The notes under the pieces were generated by a model. That model saw only the letters and a list, made by a program, of their open reading frames with translations. It did no database searches and was not told the origin of the DNA. Position numbers and translations under genes: made by a program. From Stegostoma tigrinum (lineage: Eukaryota), in assembly GCF_030684315.1 (NCBI RefSeq), contig NC_081383.1:19947942-20011941 (forward strand): a stretch of 64,000 nucleotides of DNA. Reading direction: 5' to 3'. Shown here in pieces: positions 1-11,700 of this stretch. How positions within the stretch are numbered: position 1 is the stretch's first letter; every line of letters begins with the position of its first letter.

Positions 1-690
1 GGTGTTGTTATGCCTTTCTTCCCAGCAGGTTTGCAGGACCTGTTGCACGGGCAACATTGGTGCTACTGCTCCAGTGCCTTGAAGTCTCTGCTGTCGACAG
101 CCCATGTCTTAGAGCCATATAGGAGGGTGGAAACCAACACAGCTCTGTAAACATCGATCTTAGTGTTAGATCTGACACTGTTGTTCTCAAACACCCTTTT
201 CCTCGAGTGACCGAAGGCTGTACCAGCACACTGGAGGCGATGCTGGATCTCTTCTACAATAGTTGCTTTGGTCCACACAACACTTGAGGTATTGGAATGT
301 TCTCTGAGGCATCCCCACGGACCTCGATTGTTGAGTGTTTACTCCACAATGCCAGGCCATTGGCATGGAGGACCTCTGTCTTACGGATGGTCAGGGTGAT
401 ATGCACGGTTTCATGTGCCTCAATAAAAAGGTGCTAACAACAGTCTGGAGTACGACCTCAGAGTGCACATACACAAACATCATGCATGTGCTGTGGCTCA
501 ATGACACTAATTGGGATGACTAGTTGCCTCCTAGTTCAGAGGGAGGGACACTATCAACATACCATAGGACTCCTCTTGCAGAATATCCGGCATCTGTTCA
601 GAGATATATTTTTACCCTTGCACCAGATAGGAAACCATCATTCACAACTCACAACTGTGGTCATAGAACCTGTGAATCTCCTATAGAAAA
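1..690 (-). mobile_element. Degenerate RTE-clade LINE fragment (RT C-terminal region)
   Basis: Minus-strand translation EIQHRLQCAGTAFGHSRKRVF..TKIDVYRAVLVSTLLYGSKTW, plus LTIRKTEVL upstream, match the RTE/BovB-like post-RT region. Frameshifts and stops are present. Confidence 0.7.
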
Positions 691-1749
691 AGAAGTTCTC
701 TAGCTTCTTGTAAACCCTGGGCAGCTGAGTTTCTTAAGGTGCCATGATTTGGTTTTACTTAAAAAAAAAGGAAAAAAGCCATCTTTCTCTCTTCCCATGT
801 TTTGGTCCCTTCTCAGGCTGACAGCATAACAGGAAATTCAATTTTAAACAAATAATAAAGTATTCAACCTGCTCAAGATAAATTACTGGGAGGGCAAGAG
901 GGATCTGAAACATCTACACAATAAAGCAAGTACATTTCAAAGCAGTTTTGTTAAACTTGGAAACTTTCAGCCATTACTACCTCATTGTTCTCCAGAATTC
1001 TTTCCCTTCGTATTTTCAAGAGTCTCAAATGTTGAGCTATTCATAAACTTAAGTGTTTTGAACAACTTCCACATTGTGAAAATTCAAATTTAGCGCAGCA
1101 GTGACATCTAGTGGCAGTACCTCAAACATACATCTTTAAAAGTTCTGAACATAATAAATTTAACACAAGAAATCTGAAACATTCTCACAGTCAAATTTTG
1201 ACAGCGCAAGCTGGCTGAGAGGCAAGTCAATTGAATACTTTTATCTTGATTACTTGTCAATGCTGGCGCTGATCAGCTCTCAGACCAAAAAAAGCCAATA
1301 AATTGCCATCTCCCAAAATCAGGACTTTGCTAGTTCACACTCAATATTGAGACAACTACAATTTATAAAAAATATTGATGTGTGTTATTTTAAATTGAAT
1401 TGGTTCAGATCTATCCCTATTTTGTTAAAATTATTTAGTACTGTCACATTCGTCCAAGCGACAAAATTTCAAGTAAAGTGGAGCAGGCTCCAAGCTGTTA
1501 CAAAGTAGTCACTGTATGCAGTTGTCTAATATTACTACAGTGTGGTAGCTACAGTTAGAAGTAGCTGTGAGAAATTTGCTTTCCTTTTAGTATTCGGAGT
1601 AGTGAGGGGGCTGAAATACTTTTCAACTTCAAAACTAGCATACTGGAAACAAAATTTTGCTATTTCTCTTATAAATCCTCAAGGAGCACATGCATCACTG
1701 GCAACATCGACGTCTATTAGTCATTCGTAGCTGCCGGTGGTGAATCAAC

Positions 1750-2020
1750 AAGTGAGCAACCTAAACTAGAACCTTAGTGGGAACACCACCACCTGCATGC
1801 ATCCCTCCAAATCACTCGCGACCTTGACTTGGAAATATATTGCCATTCCTTCACTGTTGCTGGGTCAAAATCCTGAAATTCCCTCCCTATGGGCACTGTG
1901 GGTCAACCTACAGCACATGGACTGCAGTGGTTCAGGTCAGCACCTTCAAGGACAACTGAGAATGAGCAATAAACGCTGGGCATCCAGTGATGCCAACATT
2001 CCGTGAGTGAATTTAAAAAA
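1750..2020 (+). mobile_element. LINE 3' end / LINE-tailed SINE fragment
   Basis: Ends in gcaataaacgctgggcatccagtgatgccaacattccgtgagtgaat(A)n. The same tail family recurs at about 23500, 28020 and 56240 (reverse). Confidence 0.55.
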
Positions 2021-2084
2021 GAAGGATTTTTAATAAGATAATCTTAAGATATCCTCATCTTTGGTAATATGAAATGGTACATAC

Positions 2085-2247
2085 CCTTATATCTTCGAGA
2101 AGATCTTCCAAGTCTGATGCAGTCAGCCCATTTAGAAACGTGTAAGGTTCGTGCATTTCTACAGCTAGATCATCATCTTCTGCACTGATGTATTTTGCAA
2201 GAAGGTCAATTGGCTTGGCTCTGCCTCCTAAAATACGAATCTTTGAC
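2085..2247 (-). CDS. CACTIN: Cactin coding exon 4
   Basis: tag|G TCA AAG... encodes (R)SKIRILGGRAKPIDLLAKYISAEDDDLAVEMHEPYTFLNGLTASDLEDLLEDIR|gtatgt, the Cactin mid domain. Phase 2 in (matches exon 3), phase 0 out. Confidence 0.97.
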
Positions 2248-2811
2248 CTACAACAAGAACAAATTGACAGCTTTCTTCTCACTAACATAAATACATCAAC
2301 ACGAAGTACACTACTACTCCAACTTACTATTCTTCCATATTGCACACCATGTAAAAGTTGGATAGAATTATCAGATGAAATAAATGAACAGATTGCAGGA
2401 ACAAAGCATACATTACACAAACAAACTTCTTTCCCAGCCTCCCCAGAGGAATTCATTCAGGTCTGTATAAAATTAACACTCACATTTTATACAGGATAAA
2501 CATTTAAAATGAATTTTGAGTTTCAGTTGAACATCTTTACTAATTATTCAAGGTGACTAGTTTAAAAAATGTAAATCTCATCTGTTCCAAGAAAAATTCA
2601 AAATTAAAGTTTTCAAAAATTCCTTCGGGTAATAAATACTGTCCCAGTTAATGAAACCCACATTCCACGAATAATATCTTTTCAAAAGAGTAGTTTATGG
2701 CTTGTGCACACATGCAATCAGCAGAAGTCACATAGCTGCCAATGGGAGCAGGTACTTAAGTTTATTTTATTTATATTTTCTGCAGGGTCAACAAGGGTTG
2801 AATATCACAGC

Positions 2812-3042
2812 AAAAAGAAAGGCATTCAGAATGCTGGAAATTTGAAATAGAAAGCACTGGAAACGCTGAAAATATCAGGCAGCATCTTTGGAAACAGAAA
2901 CAGAGTTAACACTTCAGGTTGATCTTCCATCAGAATTCAGTCCTGACAAAAGACCACTGACCTGAAAAGTTTGTCACATTTTTCTCTCCTCAGCAAATGC
3001 TGCCCATCTAGCTGAGTATTTTCAGCATGTTCTGTTTTTATT
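2812..3042. mobile_element. Old fold-back element of two inverted Penelope termini
   Basis: Left arm gctggaaat..caggcagcatc..cagagttaac; right arm ..aaatgctgcc..gctgagtattttcagc, with decayed hammerhead cores in the centre. Confidence 0.55.
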
Positions 3043-3439
3043 GAATTCTTCAGCTGAGAGAGATTCAGTAGCAGATCAAACAGCAAACTTACCATTAAGC
3101 ATCAGAATTGATTAATAAAATAAATGAGCCAAACAAAAATAAAACATCACTTAGGTTTAATTTTGAATAATTCAGCAAATTCGCTTCAAGTTGTAGTATT
3201 TTAAAAAACAAACGTACATGTGTGCAAATGTTTGGACTTACTGCAAGTATTTTTTTTAAATAACACACTGTAACTCACTAGGAACAATGTCACTTTCCTC
3301 TCTGGAAATAGAGGTTACAATGCCCAATACAGAACAAGTGATATTCCAATAGAGGCAGAACCACATTCTTTTCAATCTAGAGAATACGGAACAGTTTGTC
3401 TTAATACACCTTGCCAAATATGAAACTTGTTTTGTTTAC

Positions 3440-3585
3440 CTCAATTTAGCTTGCTGTAAATGGAAATAATCCTCTTGTTCTGCCCAGGTCTTAAAGTGCT
3501 CAGCTTCCTTCTCACGCTGTAACATCTCCAGCTCCTGTTCCCGTAGGCACTTTTCCCGCTCTCGTTCCAGACGCAGTTGTTTCAC
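3440..3585 (-). CDS. CACTIN: Cactin coding exon 3
   Basis: tag|GTG..: VKQLRLEREREKCLREQELEMLQREKEAEHFKTWAEQEDYFHLQQAKL(R)|gtaaac; 146 nt, phase 0 to 2. Confidence 0.97.
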
Positions 3586-4064
3586 CTACAGCCATAAACA
3601 GAATGTGTAAGAACTCTTTGCCAAAAAACACATTGTTTCACTTGGCCAAAAGATTTTGCTGTACAACCAAAGGCTTGTAAAATTAATGATCCAAATTATG
3701 GCTCATAAATTAGCTCTTTTCTTTAATTCACTGAAGGAAGGTTTATTGAATGTGTGTTAGTCATTTACAGAGCAGGGTTTTATCAGTTTTATGTTCGTTT
3801 ACATTAGAAGTGTAAATTTGTTCCCTTTAATATTTCTCACTGAAACTGTTTCTACAAAATTGATACTAGTTTGTCAACAAGTTTCATTTTGTTGATTTAA
3901 AAAAAAGTTAACAAATTTTTAAACATAAAATAATGCTGACAAGCCTGAATTCCAGGAAATAGGATTGACAAAGCAAGGGATTTTCTAAGGTTTTGGAGTA
4001 GATTTGTAGCGCGGGTTGTGGGTGTTGAGGTTGGTTAGCTCACCAAGCTGGTTTGTAATTCTGC

Positions 4065-4100
4065 AAACATTTCATTACCACACTGGGTAACATCATCACT
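4065..4100 (-). ncRNA. Degenerate minimal hammerhead ribozyme motif (Poseidon terminus)
   Basis: Minus strand gTGATGA-tgttacc-cagtgt-ggtaat-GAAA-tgtt. Core boxes flank a stem II hairpin; C3 is mutated. Confidence 0.5.
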
Positions 4101-4134
4101 GCAGCCGCCAATAAAGCATCAGAGTGTTTTCCTG

Positions 4135-6142
4135 TGATAATGGGAACTGCAGATGCTGGAGAATCCAAGATAATAAAATGTGAGGCTGGATGAACACAGC
4201 AGGCCCAGCAGCATCTCAGGAGCACAAAAGCTGATGTTTCGGGCCTGGACCCTTCATCAGAGAGGGGGATGGGGTGAGGGTTCTGGAATAAATAGGGAGA
4301 GGGGGGAGGCGGACCAAAGATGGAGAGAAAAGAAGATAGGTGGAGAGGAGAGTATAGGTGGGGAGGTAGGGAGGGGATAGGTCAGTCCAGGGAAGGTGGA
4401 CAGGTCAAGGAGGTGGGATGAGGTTAGTAGGTAGGAGATGGAGGTGTGGCTTGGGGTGGGAGGAAGGGATGGGTGAGAGGAAGAACAGGTTAGGGAGGCA
4501 GAGACAGGTTGGACTGGTGTTGGGATGCAGTGGGTGGAGGGGACGAACTGGGCTGGTTTTGGGATGCGGTGGAGGAAGGGGAGATTTTGAAGCTGGTGAA
4601 GTCCACATTGATACCATTGGGCTGCAGGGTTCCCAAGCGGAATATGAGTTGCTGTTCCTGCAACCTTCGGGTGGCATCATTGTGGCACTGCAGGAGGCCC
4701 ATGATCGACATGTCATCTAAAGAATGGGGGGGAGCAGTGGAAATGGTTTGCGACTGGGAGGTGTAGTTGTTTATTGCGAACCGAGCGGAGGTGTTCTGCA
4801 AAGCGGTCCCCAAGCCTCCGCTTGGTTTCCCCAATGTTGAGGAAGCCACACCGGGTACAGTGGATGCAGTATACCACATTGGCAGATGTGCAGGTGAACC
4901 TCTGCTTAATATGGAAAGTCATCTTGGGGCCTGGGATAGGGGTGAGGGAGGATGTTTGGGGGCAAGTGTAGCATTTCCTGCGGTTGCAGGGGAAGGTGCT
5001 GGGTGTGGTGGGTTTGGAGGGCAGTGTGGAGCGAACAAGGGAGTCACGGAGAGAGTGGTCTCTCCGGAAAGCAGACAAGGGTGGGATCGGATTGTAGATG
5101 GCGGAAGTGTCGGAGGATGATACGTTGTATCCGGAGGTTGGTGGGGTGGTGTGTGAGAACGAGGGGGATCCTCTTTGGACGGTTGTGGCGGGGGCGGGGT
5201 GTGAGGGATGTGTTGCGGGAGACGCGGTCAAGGCGTTCTCGACCACTGTGGGGGGAAGTTGCGGTCCTTGAAGAACTTGGACATCTGGGATGTGCGGGAG
5301 TGGAATGCCTCATCGTGGGAGCAGATGCGGCGGAGGCGGAGGAATTGGGAATAGGGGATGGAGTTTTTGCAGGAGGGTGGGTGGGAGGTGGTGTATTCTA
5401 GGTAGCTGTAGGAGTCGGTGGGCTTGAAATGGACATCAGTTACAAGCTGGTTGCCTGAGATGGAGACTGAGAGGTCCGGGAAGGTGAGGGATGTGCTGGA
5501 GATGGCCCAGGTGAACTGAAGGTTGGGGTGGAAGGTGTTGGTGAAGTGGATGAACTGTTTGAGCTCCTCTGGGGAGCAAGAGGCGGCGCCGATACAGTCA
5601 TCAATGTACCGGAGGAAGAGGTGTGGTTTGGGGCCTGTGTAGGTGCGGAAGAGGGACTGTTCCATGTAACCTACAAAGAGGCAGGCATAGCTGGGGCCCA
5701 TGCGGGTGCCCATGGTCACCCCCTTAGTCTGTAGGAAGTGGGAGGAATCGAAAGAGAAGTTGTTGAGGGTGAGGACGAGTTCAGCTAGGCGGATGAGGGT
5801 GTTGGAGGAGGGGGACTGGTCGGGCCTGCGGGACAGGAAGAAGCGGAGGGCCTTGAGGCCATCTGCATGCGGAATGCAGGTGTATAGGGACTGGACGTCC
5901 ATGGTGAATATGAGGTGTTGGGGGCCAGGGAATTGTAAGTCCTGGAGGAGGTGGAGGGCGTGGGTGGTGTTACGGACGTAGGTAGGGAGTTCCTGGACCA
6001 AAGGGGAGAAAATGGAGTCCAGATAGGTGGAGATGAGTTCGGTGGGGCAGGAACAGGCTGAGACAATGGGTCGACCAGGCCAGGCAGGTTTGTGGATTTT
6101 GGGAAGGAGATAGAAACGGGCCGTGCGGGGTTGGGGAACAAT
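4135..6142 (-). mobile_element. Neptune-type Penelope-like retroelement, 5'-truncated, frameshifted
   Basis: RT motifs MDVQSLYTCIP, QTKGVTMGTRMGPSYACLF and RYIDD (5228-6001). Cys-rich linker PCNRRKCYTC and GIY-YIG NVVYCIHCTRCGFLNIGETKRRLGDRFAEH (4713-5246). Flanked by a 13-bp TSD, gagt(g/a)ttttcctg, at 4122-4134 and 6143-6155. Confidence 0.93.
4231..4260 (-). ncRNA. Minimal hammerhead ribozyme motif in Neptune pLTR
   Basis: Minus strand CTGATGA-a-gggt-ccag-gccc-GAAA-catc-ag. Core and stem II are intact; GAAACATC probably reflects CpG decay of GAAACGTC. Confidence 0.65.
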
Positions 6143-6934
6143 GAGTATTTTCCTGCCTGGTTTTTAAACTCTGGGGTCCGTTGAGCTGGATTGCCTCACT
6201 TCCAGTTTTCCTTTGTAGTGGAGCATATATGGGGTCAAGTTCTATTTATAAATAAATGACTTCCTTCGTGGCTTGCCAGGCTTTAGGAATTCCCATGCCA
6301 GTCTCTGCTTAGCTTGTCCCAGTCGAATTGGTCGTTCTGCTTGTCCACGTGGAATGAGCTGAGTGAGTATTGGTCGTGTCTTTTTGTGGCCAGTTGGTTT
6401 TCATGTACTCTTGTTGTTTCTTTTCTGTTTGTCCGATGTAGTGTTTCTCAAAGTCACTGCAGGGGATCTTGTAGATGACATTGGTCCTGTCCATGGCGCG
6501 GAGTGGGTCTTTCGTTCGGGTGATCAGTTGTTGTAGGGTTGATGTGGGCTTGTGTGCCACTCTGATGCCCATCAGTCATAGGAGTCTTGTGGCTAGTTCC
6601 GATGTGTTCCTGACATAGGGTAGTGTGATGAGCATGTCAGGGCGTGTGGTATCTTCCTGATGTTGTTAGTGTAGACATCTTCTGACCCAGTTTTTTGGAT
6701 ATCCATTATCCTTGAAAACCTGGAAGAGGTATTCTTCTTCCTCTTGGCATAGTTCTGTATTGCTGCAGTGTATTGTCACCTGTTTAAATAGTGTTCACAC
6801 ACAACTTTGTTTGGGTGTGTTGGGATGGTTACTGTTGAAGTTCAGTACCTGGTCGATGTGTGTGGCTTTTTCAATACTTTTCTGACCTTGGAATGATACG
6901 AAATTGGAAAGATGGTGAGTAACTTGAGAATCAC

Positions 6935-7228
6935 AGCATCACACTGCCTCACAGTGACAGGGACCCAGGTTCAATTTCACCCTCGGGCTACTGTCTGTGT
7001 GAGGTTTACACGTTCTCCCTGCATCTGCATGGGTTTCCTCCTGGTGCTCCGGTTTCCTCCCACAGTCCAAAATGTGCAGGCTAGGTGGATTGGTTTTACT
7101 AAATGACCCATAGTGTTGAGGGATTTGTAGATTAGGTGGGTTATAGGGGGATGGGTCATGGGTGGGATGCTCTGAGTGTCTGTGGGGACTTGCTGGGCCA
7201 AACGGCCACACTGCAGGGATTCTATGAA
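6935..7228 (+). mobile_element. HE1-like V-SINE (elasmobranch tRNA-derived SINE)
   Basis: tRNA-like head (ctgcctcacagtgacagggacccaggttcaat), V-domain gtttcctcctggtgctccggtttcctcccacagtccaaa, and a LINE-derived tail ending gggattctatga. Confidence 0.8.
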
Positions 7229-7589
7229 CTTTCATTTTCTACTTTATAACTGGTCCTCACGTTTACAAACAAGATATATTCTAAACCAAACTTTAATTAG
7301 CTGTGTCCAATATCCAACATTTACCAACGGCACAGTTTTGATATCTTTCAGTGTAGCTCATGGCTAACTAAGAAGAAATTTTTCCACATTTCTCCTGTTG
7401 ATGGCAATTAAATAACCTTATAATATTATCTTAAGCAAATAAAAGAAACATGTAGAAAAAGACAGTCAACAAATGTGTTAAATATTTATGGAATCAAAGA
7501 AAAGCCGCATTGCAGAAGGGGCCATATTGGGCCATCATGACTGCACCAGTTCTCCAACAATCTCCTGCTTTCATTTGTAGTGTATGTGG

Positions 7590-7850
7590 AATCTCAGAAG
7601 ATGCTGGATAACATGTCACACAACCAATTTGAAGGAAATTATAAACATGGAGTAAGAAGATACAAATATTGTGGATATAAAGCTGGCCGAGTGATAAGAA
7701 ACAGAGATTAATGGTTCATAGATATTTTCCAGCTGCAGTAACGTTCGCAGTGGAGTTCCCAAGGGGTTGGTATTAGGATCTTTGCTTTTTCTGCAGTATA
7801 TTAATCATGATGTGCAGGATGCAATTTCAGACTTTGCAGATGACAAAACA
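7590..7850 (+). mobile_element. Old CR1 LINE RT fragment
   Basis: SGVPQG/VLGSLLFLQYIN..DFADD-like remnants. Confidence 0.6.
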
Positions 7851-8171
7851 AGAACTACTAAACTGCAGAAAAAAAAAAATTTGGAGCAGTCATTTAATGA
7901 GAAATGGTGTTTCGTGCGAGTGGAGTCTCCAGCAAGCAATGTTCTCATTTCAGGTAACAAAATTAAATCAATTTTATTTTAAGAAACATACTACAGACTA
8001 TATACTAAATTAGTTACTCTTCTCAATAAAAATATCCCACGAACTAACTCTCAAACATTCAGCAGTCAGTTACAACTATTATGAGAAAATGGCTGAGAAA
8101 TGCATTTAGCTCATATTTGCAAAACACAAGGTACAGTTGCAACAGAAGTTTGACAGATATTAAACCCATAC

Positions 8172-8267
8172 CTTTTGCAATTCCAAGCGGTTGTCCTCTT
8201 GAATTTGCTTGTTTCTGTCCTTTAAATCCTTCTCAGCCAGGTGACTAATTCCTTTCTTTTCCAAAGC
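8172..8267 (-). CDS. CACTIN: Cactin coding exon 2
   Basis: tag|GCT..: ALEKKGISHLAEKDLKDRNKQIQEDNRLELQK|gtatgg; 96 nt, phase 0-0. Confidence 0.97.
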
Positions 8268-8804
8268 CTATAATGAAAGAAATGATAAGTTAATTTTAAT
8301 AAAGCAATAAAAAATTTACTGAACCACAATCTATTCTCAACGAGAAAAATCTATAAAATCAAAAATACGAACACAAAGCAGCAACAGGCAATTGACCCTT
8401 TCAAGCCTGCTCTGCCATTTGATATAATTATGGCGGATTGCAACCTCAACCCCACTTTCCTGCCTGTTCTCCATAACCCTCCAACACATTTCTACTTAAA
8501 AATCCATCCAACTCCTTAAAATGTACTTAAAAGTCCCTTTATCCACTACATTCTGGGGTTCATGAATCTTCAAGAGAAGTAATTTCTCATTTCCATTTTA
8601 AATCTGGTCCACCTTAATATAAAAGTATGATTTCACATTCTAGATTGGATCGAGGAAATATGGTTTCTGAGATTCATTTTGTCAATCTCCACTTTAGCAC
8701 CTTATATCTCAATTCAAGGAGATTTTAGCCAATTAGAGCTCAAAGAAGAATTATTTTCAATCAAAGCTCCTTCAGATCTGTTACAATGCAATGTTATCTG
8801 AGGA

Positions 8805-8915
8805 CTGCTTGTGGTACAGTGGTAGAGTCCCTCCCTCTGAAAGAGAAGACCCAGGCTCAAGTGCCACCTGCACCAGGCGTGCATCACAACTTCACTGAAC
8901 AGGTTGATTAGAAAG
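8805..8915 (+). mobile_element. Short tRNA-derived SINE (related copies about 11645-11725, 17225-17285, 33715-33825)
   Basis: A-box-like gtggtacagtggtag, B-box-like ggctcaagtgcc, and shared tail ctgaacaggttgattagaaa. Confidence 0.55.
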
Positions 8916-10687
8916 TACCTACAATGTTATTGATCACAGTTCTAAAAAGGCAAGTGCCGCTCCTGCGATGATTTGCAAATATTAAAAAAAAACACCTTAA
9001 ATGAACAATATCTCAGAACATTTCACAGGAGAACAATCTGACACTGACCCACACAGAAATATTAGGGTAGGATACCTAAATCTTGGTTGTAGATTTTAAT
9101 GAAAGACTATAAAAGAGGACAGCTGAGTATAAAGATTTAAGGATGGAATTCTACCCTGAGGAACTAGACAGCTGAAGGCATAACCACAAATGGAGGAGTG
9201 AAGGAATTCACAAATATCCACAAGGCCAGAGTTCAGGAGAGCAAGATCTTAAAACATTCTATGGTTGAAGTTAGAGTTAGGAAGAGTCGATACCAATTCA
9301 ATCACAAAGGTTGGGAATTTTAATAAAAGTAAAACATCCAACATCATAAAATCACTAGCAATAATTTTGGTGCAGGCCACTCTCAGTGGTACTATTAAAC
9401 CTAGGTTCCACCTACCTCTTCAAATGGATGCATGAGATCTCATAGAAGACTGGTTATCCAGGGCAACTTTCATCACTTAACTATCAAAGCAAATTAACTG
9501 ACATAGGGTAGATCGACTTCTGAGAGAGTATAGCAATTAGAAGTAAATATATGTATATAAATGCTAAGGAAGAAATTGCAGAGGTTGGGCAGTGTAGAAT
9601 TTGGTATACATTAACATAAAGCCATAAGAAAAGTAAGGCAAAACAACACTTGGACAAAATTCCAAAACCTTTTTCTCAACAATCACAAGCTATATTAACA
9701 AGACTTTAAATAAAGGTCTCAACTCTTGCAAGGTGCAAGTAAAAGATACTGTACCACTTCTCAAAGAGGAAGAGAAGAATTCTCCTGGTATCCTGGCCTA
9801 TGCATCAATCTCAACATCAATACAAATTAACTGCTCATTGTCACATTGCTGCTTGCAGGACTTATACACGCAGCTTCAGTGCTGTTACTTCCTACAGTAC
9901 AACCATAAACAACCCTTAGAAGTGCTTCATTGGGTGAAAAACATTTTCTAGCAGCCGAATTGTAAAAATTAGGGCAATAAATGCAAGTTCCTTCATACCA
10001 GGGGCAGAGTCTTGATGCAGAGGCAAGGTTCTCCTCAGCTGGCTGGAGAGCTGGTAATACACCTGTACTGACTCTTTAAGATCAGGCTCAAGGGGCATGC
10101 CTCAGTGAGGGCTGCTGCCTGGGGGGCGGCAGTGCCACAGAGGTGGTAATGGCTGCTCCGAGGACAACAACCAGGACAAAGCTACCACAAAAGTAATTTT
10201 TGTTTGTATGCGTGTGTACGTGTCAGGTGGAGTACTCTCAGTGGCAATCCCTGCTCCATGTCCAACTTCATGGCAAACACCGAACACTTTTGATCACAAG
10301 CCCCAGCTTAATAAACTGCTTGAATAGGTTAACTTGTTGGGTACACCACGTAGTGACAGGCCTGCTTGCAGCTTGGTTCATCATTGGGGCAGTGGACTAC
10401 AGCCTATGCCTAAATCTTAAATGGTCACTGAACAGCCTCAAATGGGGGCAGGGCAGGAAGGTCGTCCTTCTCACTAAATTTAATTCTGGTGGAGTCAGAA
10501 AATTCTCCTCCTGCCCCCCCCTGTCTAAGTGGCCATCTAAAGTTGCTAATTCTGGGAGTACAAGATATGTCCCATGAATCCTGAGCATCACCAAAACGAT
10601 GAGCAAGTCAGCTTTAAGATTAGAAACAAAAACAGAAATTGCTGGAGAAGCGCAGCACGTCTGGCAGCATCTGTGGAAAGGCACCAG

Positions 10688-10725
10688 AGTTAACGTTTCG
10701 GATCGAGTGACCCTTCCTCATAACT
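10688..10725 (-). ncRNA. Hammerhead ribozyme motif in a solo Penelope terminus (element about 10620-10725)
   Basis: Minus strand agtt-aTGAGGA-a-gggtc-actc-gatcc-GAAA-cgtt-aact. Stem I is agtt/aact, stem II is present, and the stem III ACGT is palindromic; C3 is changed to A. Confidence 0.55.
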
Positions 10726-10779
10726 TTTTAAGATTAGTACCAAGCCTGAACGAAGGGCGACTAGAGTTTAGAACCTGAC

Positions 10780-11700
10780 ATTCAGCAGCAAAACGAGTGC
10801 GAGACAATTTTCGGTAACCTTATGCCAGATAAAGGTGCCGAGCAGATTGTTGTCTCCGAATGGATTGTCAGCGTTCGTGTAGCCCATGTACTCCTCGCTC
10901 CAGCCCATTTTCTCCCTCTTCTTCCTTTCTTTGGCCTCTTTCCTAGCCAGGCGGCGGGCCCGCTTCTCCTCCGGAGTCTCGATGGCCTTGGCCAGTTCTC
11001 GCTGCTGCTTCTTCTCGGCTTTCTGCCTCAGCTTCTCCTGGAGGCTCAGCAAGCGGCTGACACTGCTCGGGCTGCGGGAGGGGGAAGGGGAAGAGGAAGA
11101 GGAAGAGGAGGTCGAACGGGGAGAAGGCGGCGGTGAACGAGACCGGCTCCGGGATCGGGCGGGGGAGGAGCGCGATTTCAACCGTCGGTCGCCTTTGGGA
11201 GACGGGCTCCGGTTCCGGCTGCCCTCCCTCCTCCATCTCCCGTCCCGGGAAGCTGACCGGGAGCGGCGCCGCTTCTCCTTCCTCTTGTGGTGGCTGTGGC
11301 TGTGGCTCCGGCTCCGGCTCCGGTCCCGACTCCGCTTCGAACTCATCGTTCACTCAACCGTCAACACCAGAACTAAGGTCCTCTCACCCGCCGGCGCAGC
11401 TCTGACCATAACCCGCCTGACCCACTCCATCGATCGTTTCACTAATCACCAAACAGAAATAATGTCTCGCGTTTCTTTTGCGATAAGAAAGCACAAAAGA
11501 AAAAACAAATATGGGGAAGTATCACTGGATTATATTATAAACAGACGAATCAGGCGCCTGTGACCATTTGGGTCCTTTTCCTGGTTGTGGTCTCGTAGTA
11601 AATGCGACACAGGCGGCTGGAGGAAGTCGGTCGTTGTCAGTGTCTGAGGTTGTGCGGTGGTAGCGTTTGCAGACCTGAGCTAAGGTCCGTGGGTTCAGGT
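10780..11700 (-). promoter_or_regulatory. CpG island / CACTIN promoter and first exon
   Basis: High GC and dense CpG around and upstream of the cactin start codon, in an otherwise CpG-depleted window. Confidence 0.75.
10819..11346 (-). CDS. CACTIN: Cactin coding exon 1 (RS-rich N-terminus)
   Basis: ATG at 11346. RS/His-rich N-terminus followed by the conserved ETPEEKRARRLARKEAKERKKREKMGWSEEYMGYTNADNPFGDNNLLGTFIWHK|gttacc; 528 nt, phase 0. Confidence 0.97.

Larger units (their letters stand above)
3990..6885 (-). mobile_element. Poseidon-type Penelope-like element (3' part), split by a nested Neptune element into about 3990-4134 and 6143-6885
   Basis: GIY-YIG endonuclease remnant GIRVAHKPTSTLQQLITRTKDP..RTNVIYKIPCSDFEKHYIGQT at 6309-6572. 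The terminal part carries a degenerate hammerhead at about 4065-4100. Confidence 0.8.

Noticed and set aside
600-720. Possible next cactin exon (VY..LE)
   Set aside because: The translation does not match the expected VYMELEQGKN.DFW exon and adjoins an RTE fragment. The next exon must lie left of the window.
6935-7000. tRNA-like sequences here and at about 8810, 19115, 23225 and 33720
   Set aside because: Degenerate SINE heads attached to SINE bodies; no complete cloverleaf.
10822-11563. Plus-strand 225-aa and 104-aa ORFs and the alternative minus-frame 136-aa ORF over cactin exon 1
   Set aside because: Antisense/shifted-frame shadows of a GC-rich RS-repeat exon; no independent coding signal.
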